A DNA stretch of 52,086 nt from Octopus bimaculoides (lineage: Eukaryota). The stretch covers positions 20,842,461-20,894,546 of the forward strand of contig NC_068998.1 in NCBI RefSeq assembly GCF_001194135.2, written 5' to 3'. Positions within the stretch are counted from its first letter, which is position 1. Each line of letters opens with the position of its first letter. The translations under genes were made by a program, and so were the position numbers. The notes beneath the pieces were generated by a model. The model searched no databases, was not told the DNA's origin, and saw nothing but the letters and a program-made list of their open reading frames with translations. Of this stretch, positions 25,383 through 36,604 are shown piece after piece.

Positions 25383-26920
25383 TAGGTTACCAAATCATCT
25401 GGAAATGTTACTTGAGATAGACTAGCCTCCTGGTTCAGGTGGGTAGGTTGGTTTAGGGTTTGTGTGGAGGGTTTTGTTTGCTATCTCATAGGATCTGGAG
25501 TTAACTACCACTCATCAGAAGACCTCTCGAAAAAACGAAATGCAGCTATTCAGAGAACACACCACCCATTACCTATTTTGTTGCCCTTTCTAACTAGTAC
25601 CCAGTCCTTCCCCTCTAGAGGAAGGACTGGATACAGCTCCCCAGTTGCTGACGTCATACCACAGCATCATATAAGGTCTTTGTGATAATGGTAGAAATGT
25701 GAAGAATTAATTTGTTAAAATTTAAGGAGAACACATGTGTATGTAGTATTAGACATGTGATGACCGAAGGTTGAAACATGTGAAGAGGAGCTATGGTGCT
25801 ATATCATAAATCTGCAAGGCCCACTTCAGCTGAGAAAAACTGAAGTTGAAATGATAAAAATCATAATTCTTCTATGGAAAGTTTAGTTGTAAATAGTACC
25901 TTTTCAATGTATTAATATATTAGTGTTTGAGTCAGACAATTGCTTACATAGAAGTGGCTTGGTTTAGTGGATAAGAAGGGGAATTACTGTTTATGAATTG
26001 CTGAGTTCAAATCTAGTGATGGAGTTTTTGACTTGAACACATGACTGTGTTGCATGAGTTGACTCAGATCTCAGAAATAGGTGCCAAATCATACTGAGAC
26101 TCTATCTGAAATAAGACTGGTGTTTTATCAAGGTGGGATATCTTGATAAAACACCATATGATTCATGTCATTAAACAAAAGCTAAACACCAGCTAAAGGT
26201 GTAAAAGACAACAGTATATAGTTCTCAAAACTGTTTACTTGTAAATCCTTTATATCTTCTGTAACTTTTTACTCAACTACGAATTATAATGTCCTTCCAT
26301 CTGTCTTTCAGAACCACTATGTTTCAAATCAACTAAAAAGAAAAATTCTCTTTATAACTCACCAAACAACTTATAAATAGTCTGTTTAGTGTCTCCTTTA
26401 TTGCCCCTCACACCAAACTGTTCTTTGTAACTGCCTAGCTTCCTAGCTCTCTTCTTTCCAAATAGTTTGTCCACTTTTTATATCTGCTTTTGTGTTATGT
26501 TTTTTGATCACCAAAGTGTCTACCCATAAAAACTCTTTTCTTCAATGTCTTCCTTGTAGCTGTTCCCACTTTCTGAACACACACAACCGTAAAAGGAATG
26601 TGTAACAATGAGAGAAATAGTAGTAGTCCATAACCATAATTCACCAAACTTTAAACTGTTTGACACTTCTAATGCTGAAGAATTACAAAAAATTTGATAT
26701 TCTTGGTCTGTGGTTCCCAATCTTTTTGACTTGTGACATGGCAGAAATCAAACAAAGAATTACTTGAGTATTTCACATGACAATTTAAAAAACAAGCAAA
26801 ACAAAATCCTGTTTGAAATTCAAAAATTTAAAAAAATTATAGAAAACCATTTCATCACCTCAAGAAATTGATATGAACAGAAGGAATACTACAAACAATA
26901 ATTACAACAGCAACAACAAT

Positions 26921-27524
26921 AATCCTTTCTGCTAAAGGCACAAGGACTGAAATTTTTTGGGGGAGGGAGCTAGTTGATTAGACTGACCCCAGTATGCAAC
27001 TGGTACTTAATTTATCGACCCCGAAAGGATTAAAGGCGAAGTCGACCTCGGTGGAATTTGAACTCAGAACGTAGTGATGGGCGAAATATTGCTAAGCATT
27101 TTGTCCAGCATGCTAATGATTCTGCCAGCTCACTGACTTTATAACAACAACAACAATAATAATAATCTTTTCTATTATAGGCACAAGGCCTGAAATTTTG
27201 GGCAAAGAGACCAGGTGATTGCATTGACCCTAGTGCTCAAATGGTACTTATTTTATCAACCTTGAAAAGATGAAAGACAAAGTTGACTTTGGTGGAATTT
27301 GAACTCAGAATCTAAAGATGGATGAAATGCTGCTAAGCATTTTGCCCAGCGTGCTAACGATTCTGCCAGCTCACCATCTTGATATAGATCTAATATCAAA
27401 GTAATAACAGCATAATTTCGGTACCATATTATTAATATATAACTCTCACACATCAGACATCTATTTTCTCATAAAAGTCAATTGTTCTTCATTCTCTTTC
27501 TACCTTTACCTTTCCACCTTTAAC

Positions 27525-27563
<39 letters not shown>

Positions 27564-27770
27564 CCTGTCTACAAAAAGGCACATGGCCTGAAATCTTGGG
27601 GTGGGGGGTACTAGGCAATTACATCAACCTCAGGATTTCATTGATACTTAATTTATTGACCCCGAAAGGATGAAAGGCAAATTCAACCTTAGCAGAATTT
27701 GAACGCAGAATGTAAAGACAGATGAAATGCTGTTAAGTATTTTGCCCGGTGTGCTAATGATTCTGGCTTT
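26921..27770 (-). mobile_element. Three SINE family A copies (~26921-27139, 27164-27380, 27560-27770)
   Basis: Reverse complements of family A, each ending in (AAT)n/(AAC)n. Confidence 0.85.
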
Positions 27771-28384
27771 AACAACAACAACAACAACAACAACAATAAT
27801 AACAACAACAACAGCAACAATAATCTGTTCTTTCTTTAAAACAAGGGTTTGCATAGATACAGAAAAATATGAAATGTTTACTGGTTTTTTTTTTTTTTCA
27901 AAAAAAGCATGTGGAATGTGAATGGAAAAGTCATAAAAAAAACAAAAGAAGGAGTGAAAAATATTATATAATAATTAACTAATCAAACTGGGATTTTAAA
28001 AGCACAATTATTTGCCTAGTAATAATAAAAAAAACAAAAACAATAAGGCACATGAGAATCAAAACAGGATGTAATTAAAAGGAAATATAGCATGAAAGAT
28101 TTGTGGTTAGATCAGATTAGTTGACCTCATGTCTTTGTCTGCAAGTCATTTTCCATATTGCTTTGTTATGTGTATAAAAGCACCAGTTAGCCTATATTGA
28201 ATCTATTGTTGAAAATACCAATGTCTTCAGGATTAGATTGCTTTAACTATCTATCATTTAAACTGGTCATATCCAACCAAAATATTCTTCCTGTTTTACA
28301 TTCAAACTGGTCAGATTTGACCTCTCACATCTACCCAACAATATCATTCTAAAAATAAACAGTCACATCAGTCTCGAGTGTAGG

Positions 28385-28600
28385 CCTACCTACTAAAATA
28401 CTTTTTACACTAGGTGCACAGCTAAAGGATATTCTTAGGGTATGTCTATTAAATATTTTGTTGAATCTATTAATACGAGGGAAGTGTTTATCAACTAAAC
28501 TAAGGAAGATCTTACCTACTCTGGTTTTAACATTTAAAGAGAAGGACAATGTGAACCACAGCACTTTCCAGTGATACTTTCTGTTGGTGGGAGGTCTAGG
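28385..28600 (-). mobile_element. Penelope-like element RT-to-endonuclease linker fragment
   Basis: KVLWFTLSFSLNVKTRVGKIFLSLVDKHFPRINRFNKIFNRHTLRISFSCAPSVKSI resembles the WFNPPFS.NV.T.IGK.FL.L.DKHFP....HKIFNR.T.K.SYSC motif of PLE proteins. Confidence 0.7.
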
Positions 28601-28979
28601 TTCTGGCATGTAACTAATACTATCCTTGAAACTGCTTGGCAGTCAGAGCCCGGCTGTAGTATGGAGCAGCAACATCAAAGATCTCTTTGCTTGAAGATAA
28701 GGCAGAGATTCTCCTGCTGATGCCCTTAACCAGGTTCCTGAACACTATGGCTGGATGGCAGGAACCTGTGTTAATGTATGATAGTGTAAGGTTATATAAT
28801 CGGATTGTTACCTAACACTCCATTGTATTCCTTGCATGAAACCTTTTGATAAAATCAGCCATGATGGATATATAATACTGTACATTTCGGAAAATACATC
28901 CACTCTACTGACAGATATATGATTGCATCTTTTCGTTGATTTATGGTCTCTTAGACAACTCATGCATATATCTGCTTGT

Positions 28980-29345
28980 CATCATCATTATCATCATCAT
29001 CATTATCATCGTTTAACGTCCGTTTTCCATGCTGGCATGAGGTGGACAGTTTAACTGAGGTCTGGAAAGCCAATGGCTGCACCAGGCTCCAATCTGATCT
29101 GGCAATGTTTTTACAGCTGGACGCCCTTCCTAATGCCAACTATTCTGAGAGTGTAGTGGGTGCATTTTACATGCCACCAGTACAGGAGCCAGTCAGACAG
29201 GCTTGGCATCGATCATGTTCAGCTAGTGCTTTTTACGTGCCACTGGTACAGGAGCCAGTCAAGGAGCACTGGCATTGACCACATTCTGATGGTACTTTTT
29301 GCATGCTACTGGCATGGGAGCCAGTCAGGTGGCACTGATATCAGC
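28980..29345 (-). mobile_element. RTE-family 3' tail fragment with ~66-bp tandem units and (GAT)n end
   Basis: Reverse complement of the 38160-38430 units and of the 46670-46715 tail. A tail-only copy occurs at ~49998-50068. Confidence 0.75.
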
Positions 29346-29540
29346 AAACATATGTATATGTGTATGAAGTTGGTGAAATACTTTTTATTTCATTTACTGG
29401 TTACATTTTTCTAGCACTTTCATTCTTCATAGAACTTTTCAAAATTCAATGATTACCATATATAGGGATTCCATTTTCTGTGTGTGTGTGTGTGTGTATA
29501 AATATATGAGTGTATGAATACATGTATATGCATATATATG

Positions 29541-29574
<34 letters not shown>

Positions 29575-30700
29575 NNNNNNNNNNNNNNNNNNNNNNNNNN
29601 NNNNNNNNNNNNNNNNNNNNNNNNNNNNNNNNNNNNNNNNNNNNNNNNNNNNNNNNNNNNNNNNNNNNNNNNNNNNNNNNNNNNNNNNNNNNNNNNNNNN
29701 NNNNNNNNNNNNNNNNNNNNNNNNNNNNNNNNNNNNNNNNNNNNNNNNNNNNNNNNNNNNNNNNNNNNNNNNNNNNNNNNNNNNNNNNNNNNNNNNNNNN
29801 NNNNNNNNNNNNNNNNNNNNNNNNNNNNNNNNNNNNNNNNNNNNNNNNNNNNNNNNNNNNNNNNNNNNNNNNNNNNNNNNNNNNNNNNNNNNNNNNNNNN
29901 NNNNNNNNNNNNNNNNNNNNNNNNNNNNNNNNNNNNNNNNNNNNATGTAAGTGTGTGTGTGTATGTGTGTGTATTGAGATCAATAAACAACCGGCTCTTC
30001 TAGACCAGTGTGTGACTTAAACAAAAGGATCCATTTGAAAAACAACTTACCTCAAAACTCATTGTTCATTGTTTAAGCAACCACACCATACATACGTATA
30101 AATTTGAAACAACAAACAGCTGAATGCACCACTTAACTGATCACATACAAAATTCACTTATTCTTTGTCCAAACCGTATCCTTGAATTCAACAAAACAAA
30201 GTTTTTAAGAATATTCGTATTCTTGACATTATCCAACATAAAGCTGGGTTTATTTTGCACTTACACACACACAATGTATGAGGTCTGATCAATAAATATC
30301 CGGACTGTTGCCATAGTAACGAAGCTGAAGCATGCAGAGTAAAACTGCTTGGTACAGATTGACCTTGAACTCTGCTGTGCATGTGCACTAAGTGTTAATG
30401 TTCTAGCTCACTTCCGCTGTTTACAGCTGCGTTTTGAAGGAAGGTGTGTAGCGTGTGATAATTGCATTGACCATGATAAAGTTGTTATGGCAATACCTGT
30501 TCAGAGGCCTACGCAAAGTTGCAGAAAATGTACGGAGAAGAGTGTATGAGCTGAACACAAGTGTATAAGTGGTTCAGATGTTTCTAAGGTGGCCAAATGA
30601 ATGTCGATATTGATGAATGTTCTGAGAGACCTGCAACTAGTAGAACTGAGAAAAACATTGCAGAGATGTGTGCTGCTGTGAGGGGAAATCATTGAATCAC

Positions 30701-31102
30701 CATCCGTAAGTTATCAGACTATAAGTTATCAGACTATCATCCGTAAGTTATCAGACTATAAGTTATCAGACTATAAGTTATCAGACTATCATCCGTAAGT
30801 TATCAGACTATAAGTTATCAGACTATAAGTTATCAGACTATAAGTTATCAGACTATCATCCGTAAGTTATCAGACTATAAGTTATCAGACTATAAGTTAT
30901 CAGACTATCATCCGTAAGTTATCAGACTATAAGTNNNNNNNNNNNNNNNNNNNNNNNNNNNNNNNNNNNNNNNNNNNNNNNNNNNNNNNNNNNNNNNNGT
31001 AAGTTATCAGACTATAAGTTATCAGACTATCATCCGTAAGTTATCAGACTATAAGTTATCAGACTATAAGTTATCAGACTATCATCCGTAAGTTATCAGA
31101 CT
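30701..31102. repeat. Perfect minisatellite of 15-bp (AAGTTATCAGACTAT) and 22-bp (CATCCGT+15-mer) units
   Basis: Read directly from the sequence: runs of 2,3,4,3.. 15-mers separated by CATCCGT, no mismatches; gap at 30935-30998. Confidence 0.95.
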
Positions 31103-31334
31103 AAGGCGGCAAGCTGGCAGAAACGTTAGCACGCTGGGCAAAGTGCTTAGCGGTATTTTGTCTGCCGTTTCGTTCTGAGTTCAAATTCTGCCAAGGTCGA
31201 CTTAGCCTTTCATCCTTTCGGGGTCGATAAATTAAGTGCCAGTTACGCACTGGGGTTGATGTAATTGACTTAATCCCTTTGTCTGTCCTTGTTTGTCCCC
31301 TCTATGCTTAGCCCCTTTTGGGCAATAAAGAAAT
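31103..31334 (+). mobile_element. tRNA-derived SINE family A, with 15-bp TSD
   Basis: Head aggcggcaagctggcagaaacgttag with A/B boxes (gagttcaaattc); flanked by taagttatcagacta on both sides. Confidence 0.9.
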
Positions 31335-33109
31335 AAGTTATCAGACTATATGCAGAATAGTTACAGTTCAGTTCAGTCCATTGTGACTGAAGATTTAGCT
31401 ATGAGACATGTGTCTGCCAAGTTTGTGCCAAAATTGCTTTCAGCTGACTAAAAAGACACTTGAGTTTCAGCTACACAAGATTTCCTTGATTGTGTTGAGA
31501 ACAATGAAAACATTTTGAAAACTTTGTGTAGGCCTCTGAGCAGGTATCACCAAGCTTTTGGCAAAATTTGATGCAGATTCTCTGCTCAACATTCTCTGTT
31601 ATTGTCAATACGATGATCACACACTACACACCTTCCTTTCAAGCACTGCTATAAAGGTGGAAGTGAGTTAGAATGTTAAAACTTAGTGCTCATGCACAGC
31701 AGAGTTCAAGGTCACTCTGTGCCAAGCAGCCTCACTCTGCATGCTTTAGCTTCATTTCTATATCAACAGTCTGGATACATATTGATCAGACCACATAAAC
31801 ATGTTTCTGTTGGCATAAAAGTTTATAAAGTAGGAAATTAAAATAGTAAGGCATTCATGCATTTTCTGTTTACTATTTTTCTGAAAGAAAACGTCACCTC
31901 CTTGAAATAAAAAAAGAAAAAAATGGAAGAACACGGATGTAAGAATCTTAAATAAATTAATTTTGTATTGTTCGATTGTTTTCAACATTCCCTGAGTTGG
32001 TTTAGTGGTTCTATAAATGAAAGATATTGAATTCTATTAACAATGTTATATATTTATAATTAAGTTAACTATGGAGCCTATATGTATGCTCATCCTGTTA
32101 GAAACAACAGCCAAATTAGCCTCAAATTAATCAAGGATACATTGAATAATGTATTCTGAGATATCCTTACAAAGACAACTTCAAGGATTTTTAGTCAAAT
32201 GAATCGACCCCAGTACTTGGTTTTCTTTTTAGCCTGGTACTTATTCTCTCAGTCTCTTTTGCTGAACTGCTAAGTTGTCAAGTGATGGTGGGGGACAAAC
32301 ACAAACACAAAGACACACATACTTATATATATATATATATATATATATATGGAAAAAAGACAAAGTAGAAAATGCTAAAATACTTTTATAAAGAACATTA
32401 CAGAACCGGTTTCGATTCTTGAGATCTTTTCAACAGTAAATATGAATAATAGATTTTTGAAAAATTAAATTTTGGTAAATTTAAAAGAAAAGTCTTTTTA
32501 AAGGCATATTTGTATAGTATTCAAATAACAGGGGCATTTTTCTTGTTTCTGCCTGTCTCTGTTTCACTTGTTAACTCTTGTGGGTTCGAAGAAGGAGTGC
32601 TATGATAGTAGCAGTGTTAATTGGTTGGGTGTCTTGACATTGACCTGTTGATGGTTGTATATATATATATATTGTGCTCCCAACACTTTTGCCATATGTA
32701 ATGGGCTTCTTTCAGTTTCCATTTATCACATCCACACACAAGGGTTTGGTTAGCCTGAGGCTATAATAGAAGACACTTGCCCAAGGTGCTATACAGTGGA
32801 ACTGAACCTGGAACCATGTGGTTGGGAAGCAAATTTCAACACAACCATGCCTGCACATGGCATAAGAAAAAAATCTTTCTCTCACACCTGAAAGAATTTA
32901 CTCATAATCCATTTGCAGAATTTAATAATGCTTTAACCTGATGTAATATTAGATTAAGTGAAGTGAAACTGTTGGCCTTGGCATATATATATACTGACCA
33001 ATGGCAAAAGTGCTGGAAGTACAATATATCTTATAGTGGAATTCCTCTTATGGAAATGGAAGAGGATGTAAATAAAACAAAAGCAAGAAAAAAGAAGGAA
33101 GAAAAGGAA

Positions 33110-33210
33110 GAAGAAGAAGGAGAAGAAGAAGAAGAAGAAGAAGAAGAAGAAGAAGAAGAAGAAGAAGAAGAAGAAGAAGAAGAAGGAGAAGGAGAAGGAG
33201 AAGAAGAAGA
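33110..33210. repeat. (GAA)n/(GGAGAA) microsatellite
   Basis: Read directly; explains the poly-E/poly-S/poly-L ORFs at 32963-33390. Confidence 0.95.
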
Positions 33211-33364
33211 TACTGATCTGTTGTTGGTAAATTTTTTTTTCCCACCAAAGGAGTAGAACTTTATATGCAAAACAAAAGCTCTTTGTTGTTCGTTAAGGTA
33301 ACAACTCCTTGAACTCCTTCCACCACTCTTCTTTACTTCAGTTACAAGCCAAGAGTATTGGATG

Positions 33365-33395
<31 letters not shown>

Positions 33396-33702
33396 CACAA
33401 GCACGTATATCTTACTATAATGGGTGTTATGTTCGTTTTTCTGTCTGTCTGTCTATCTGTTCCCTCTTCATGGTCAAACGGCTGGACCAATGGGCACAAT
33501 GTTTTTCGTGATTATGAAGGAGGTAACCAGGAAGGCTTTTAGCGAAAAACAAATGTGATTGTTTAGTGGATATTGAGAGTAATTGTTCAGTTTAGAGACG
33601 TAAAAAAGTAAATAAAAATTAAGTGGGAGATTACTACTAAAAGAAGCAAAGGGAAGTAAGTCAACTTAATTCTCTACTGAATTATGCCATATACGAACGT
33701 TT

Positions 33703-34081
33703 CACATTATTTACATTTGATGGATATTTGTCCTCATCTTGTTGGTTGTTATCACAATGTTTCGGCTGATATACCCCCCCAGCCTTCATCAGGTGTCTTG
33801 GGGGAATTTCGAACCTGAATTCTCATTCCTAAGGTATTTTTTGGTGGTAATGAGCAGAATACGAAGACAAAAAAATGTACATGATAACACTTCCAATCAA
33901 TTAAGATCAGAAGCCATGAGAGCCACTGCCTTTGTACTGCATCCGGGCATTTATTATTATTATTATTATTATCATTATTATTCAGGTCACTGCCTGGAAT
34001 CAAACTCGGAATCTTGGGGTTAGTAGCCCGCGCTCTTAATCACTATGTCATATGGTGTAGTGGTTAAGAGCGTGGGCTACT
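33703..34081 (-). mobile_element. Second copy of the tRNA-head/hammerhead pLTR family, joined head-to-head to an inverted copy that runs into a gap
   Basis: Same tail (ccaagacacctgatgaaggctg..cagccgaaacattgtg..gtaaataatgt on the minus strand) and A/B-box head. Zero-spacer palindrome centred on catatg at 34049-34054. Confidence 0.75.
33751..33798 (-). ncRNA. Minimal type I hammerhead ribozyme (near intact)
   Basis: Minus strand GACAC-CTGATGA-aGGCTG(N11)CAGCC-GAAA-CA-TT-GTGAT. Perfect 5-bp stem II; CG>CA change in the palindromic stem III; one mismatch in stem I. Confidence 0.65.
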
Positions 34082-34798
34082 NNNNNNNNNNNNNNNNNNN
34101 NNNNNNNNNNNNNNNNNNNNNNNNNNNNNNNNNNNNNNNNNNNNNNNNNNNNNNNNNNNNNNNNNNNNNNNNNNNNNNNNNNNNNNNNNNNNNNNNNNNN
34201 NNNNNNNNNNNNNNNNNNNNNNNNNNNNNNNNNNNNNNNNNNNNNNNNNNNNNNNNNNNNNNNNNNNNNNNNNNNNNNNNNNNNNNNNNNNNNNNNNNNN
34301 NNNNNNNNNNNNNNNNNNNNNNNNNNNNNNNNNNNNNNNNNNNNNNNNNNNNNNNNNNNNNNNNNNNNNNNNNNNNNNNNNNNNNNNNNNNNNNNNNNNN
34401 NNNNNNNNNNNNNNNNNNNNNNNNNNNNNNNNNNNNNNNNNNNNNNNNNNNNNNNNNNNNNNNNNNNNNNNNNNNNNNNNNNNNNNNNNNNNNNNNNNNN
34501 NNNNNNNNNNNNNNNNNNNNNNNNNNNNNNNNNNNNNNNNNNNNNNNNNNNNNNNNNNNNNNNNNNNNNNNNNNNNNNNNNNNNNNNNNNNNNNNNNNNN
34601 NNNNNNNNNNNNNNNNNNNNNNNNNNNNNNNNNNNNNNNNNNNNNNNNCCAGGGCTTACTTTTTAAGCCTAATATTTATTATATTAGTCTCTTTTTGCCA
34701 AAGTGCAAGGTTATGGGGATGTAAACATACCAGCACTGGTTGTCAAGAGGTAATGGGGGTGGGGGACAAACTGAGACACACATAGATATACACGTGCG

Positions 34799-34838
<40 letters not shown>

Positions 34839-35247
34839 ATGAGCTTCTTTCAGTTTCTGTCTACCAAATCTACTCACAAGGCTTTGATTGGCCTGAGGCT
34901 ATAGAAGAAGACACTTGCCCAAGGTGTCACGCAATGGGACTGAACTCGGAACCATGTGGCTGGGAAGCAAGGTTCATACCACACAGCCATGCCTGCGCCA
35001 ATATCTTTATAATTAGATATTATCAAGAATTATATATATAAAAATTGTTAAAATATTTTGTGTATTGTAGAATAACCAATCCACTGCAGATAAATTTTAA
35101 CTACAAAATATTAAATGGACCCAAAAGCTATATGGGCCCTTGGTTGAAAACCACTGCCCTAGATAAAAGAAATTGTATAGTTTAGCCTCCAATTCATTAT
35201 TTCAGACAGTGTATCTAAGACTACATTAACGAATGATTCTTTCCTTC

Positions 35248-35688
35248 CTTACTCTTTACTCATTTACTTGTTTCAGTCATTTGACAGTGGCCATGCTGGA
35301 GCACCACCTTTAGTCGAGCAAATCGACCCCAGGACTTATTCTTTGTAAGCCTAGTACTTATTCTGTCGATCTCTTTTGCCGAACCGCTACGTTACGGGGA
35401 TGTAAACACACCAGCATCAGTTGTCAAGCAATGTTGGGGTGACAAACACAGACACAAACACACNNNNNNNNNNNNNNNNNNNNNNNNNNNNNNATATATA
35501 TATATATATATATACACATATATACGACGGGCTTCTTTCAGTTTCCGTCTATCAAATCCACTCATAAGGCTTTGGTCTGCCCGAGGCTATAGTAGAAGAC
35601 ACTTGCCCAAGGTGCCACACAGTGGGACTGAACCCGGAACCATGTGGTTGGTAAGCAAGCTACTTACCACACAGCCACTCCTATGCCT
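35248..35688 (-). mobile_element. SINE family B, full-length copy
   Basis: High identity to 23998-24397 in reverse complement. Confidence 0.9.
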
Positions 35689-36604
35689 ATTTCTTTTTTC
35701 TTTTTTTTTTTTTTGATGACAGAAATTTTTATTGGTTGTTGTTTATCTCAAGGTCAGCTCTGATTAAGCAAACCTATGAGCAAAGGTGCTATAGTCTTGA
35801 CCATCCTATCTTTCCAGGAGTATCTACAATGACATTAAGTGTGTCATTTCCTTCATGAGAGTAACTGTGTGAATTGAGGCAAATTGGCTGCTATTTCTAG
35901 CAGGTTGAATGACCTTGTTGAAGTTCTCTTGCTGGCTCATAATTTTGAGAGAATTTGACTATTGCGTTTAGCTGGTTGAACAAGCAGATAAAGACTCCCG
36001 TATTGACTCAAGTTATTCTGAGAGAATTTAACTGCCTTTTCTAGCTGGTCAAACAACTAGCTAGAGGCTCCCTCAGCTTATTTGACTCTGGGAACTTGAC
36101 TATTATTTTTAGTAGGTCAAATGATCACATTCAGATTGCCATAAAGACTCATCCCAGATAAGTGTCTGCAGTGGATTGGGAGAACAAAATATTGAGGTTA
36201 ATGATATTAGAAATAGCAGCTACACCTTCAAAACATGTCATATTGTCTTCAATAAATGAAAGACATATAAATTAGAATAATCCTGTTCTGTTGTTAACAA
36301 AGAGGTTGTTGATATTCTTATCGTTGTTGTTAGAAATGTAGAATTTTGATTTTGTTTTTGTTTTTAATCTTTCTTTTATCTACTATCTTTTACTTCTTTC
36401 TGTCAATAGACTGCGGCCATGCTGGGTCACCACCTCGAAGAATTTCTAGTTGAATGTATTGACCCTGTAACTTAACTGTCTCTTTTGCTGAACTGGTAAG
36501 TTATGGGAACGTAAACACGACAGCAGTGGTTGTCAAGCTGTAATGGTGCGGGTGGGGTGGGGGAACAAACACAGACACACACAGACACACGCACACACAC
36601 ACAC

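Larger units (their letters stand above)
30279..31795 (+). mobile_element. Internally deleted mariner with ~200-bp TIRs, carrying a nested minisatellite and SINE
   Basis: Left end tgaggtctgatcaataa.. and right end ..ttgatcagaccaca, both flanked by TA, with long inverted arms. Transposase remnant ..EECMS.TQVYKWF...ITIRKLSDY..RHVSAKFVPKLL. A partial TIR copy lies at ~50131-50300. Confidence 0.88.

Noticed and set aside
25750-25790. TGATGA..GAAACATGT hammerhead-like spacing
   Set aside because: C3 is missing, stem II is weak, the cleavage position is G, and there is no stem I complement.
30701-31102. Repeat-spacer appearance suggestive of a CRISPR array
   Set aside because: The context is eukaryotic, the 'spacer' is an invariant 7-mer, and the unit derives from mariner coding sequence.
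32963-33256. Poly-glutamate ORF
   Set aside because: It is a (GAA)n microsatellite with no splice or homology support.
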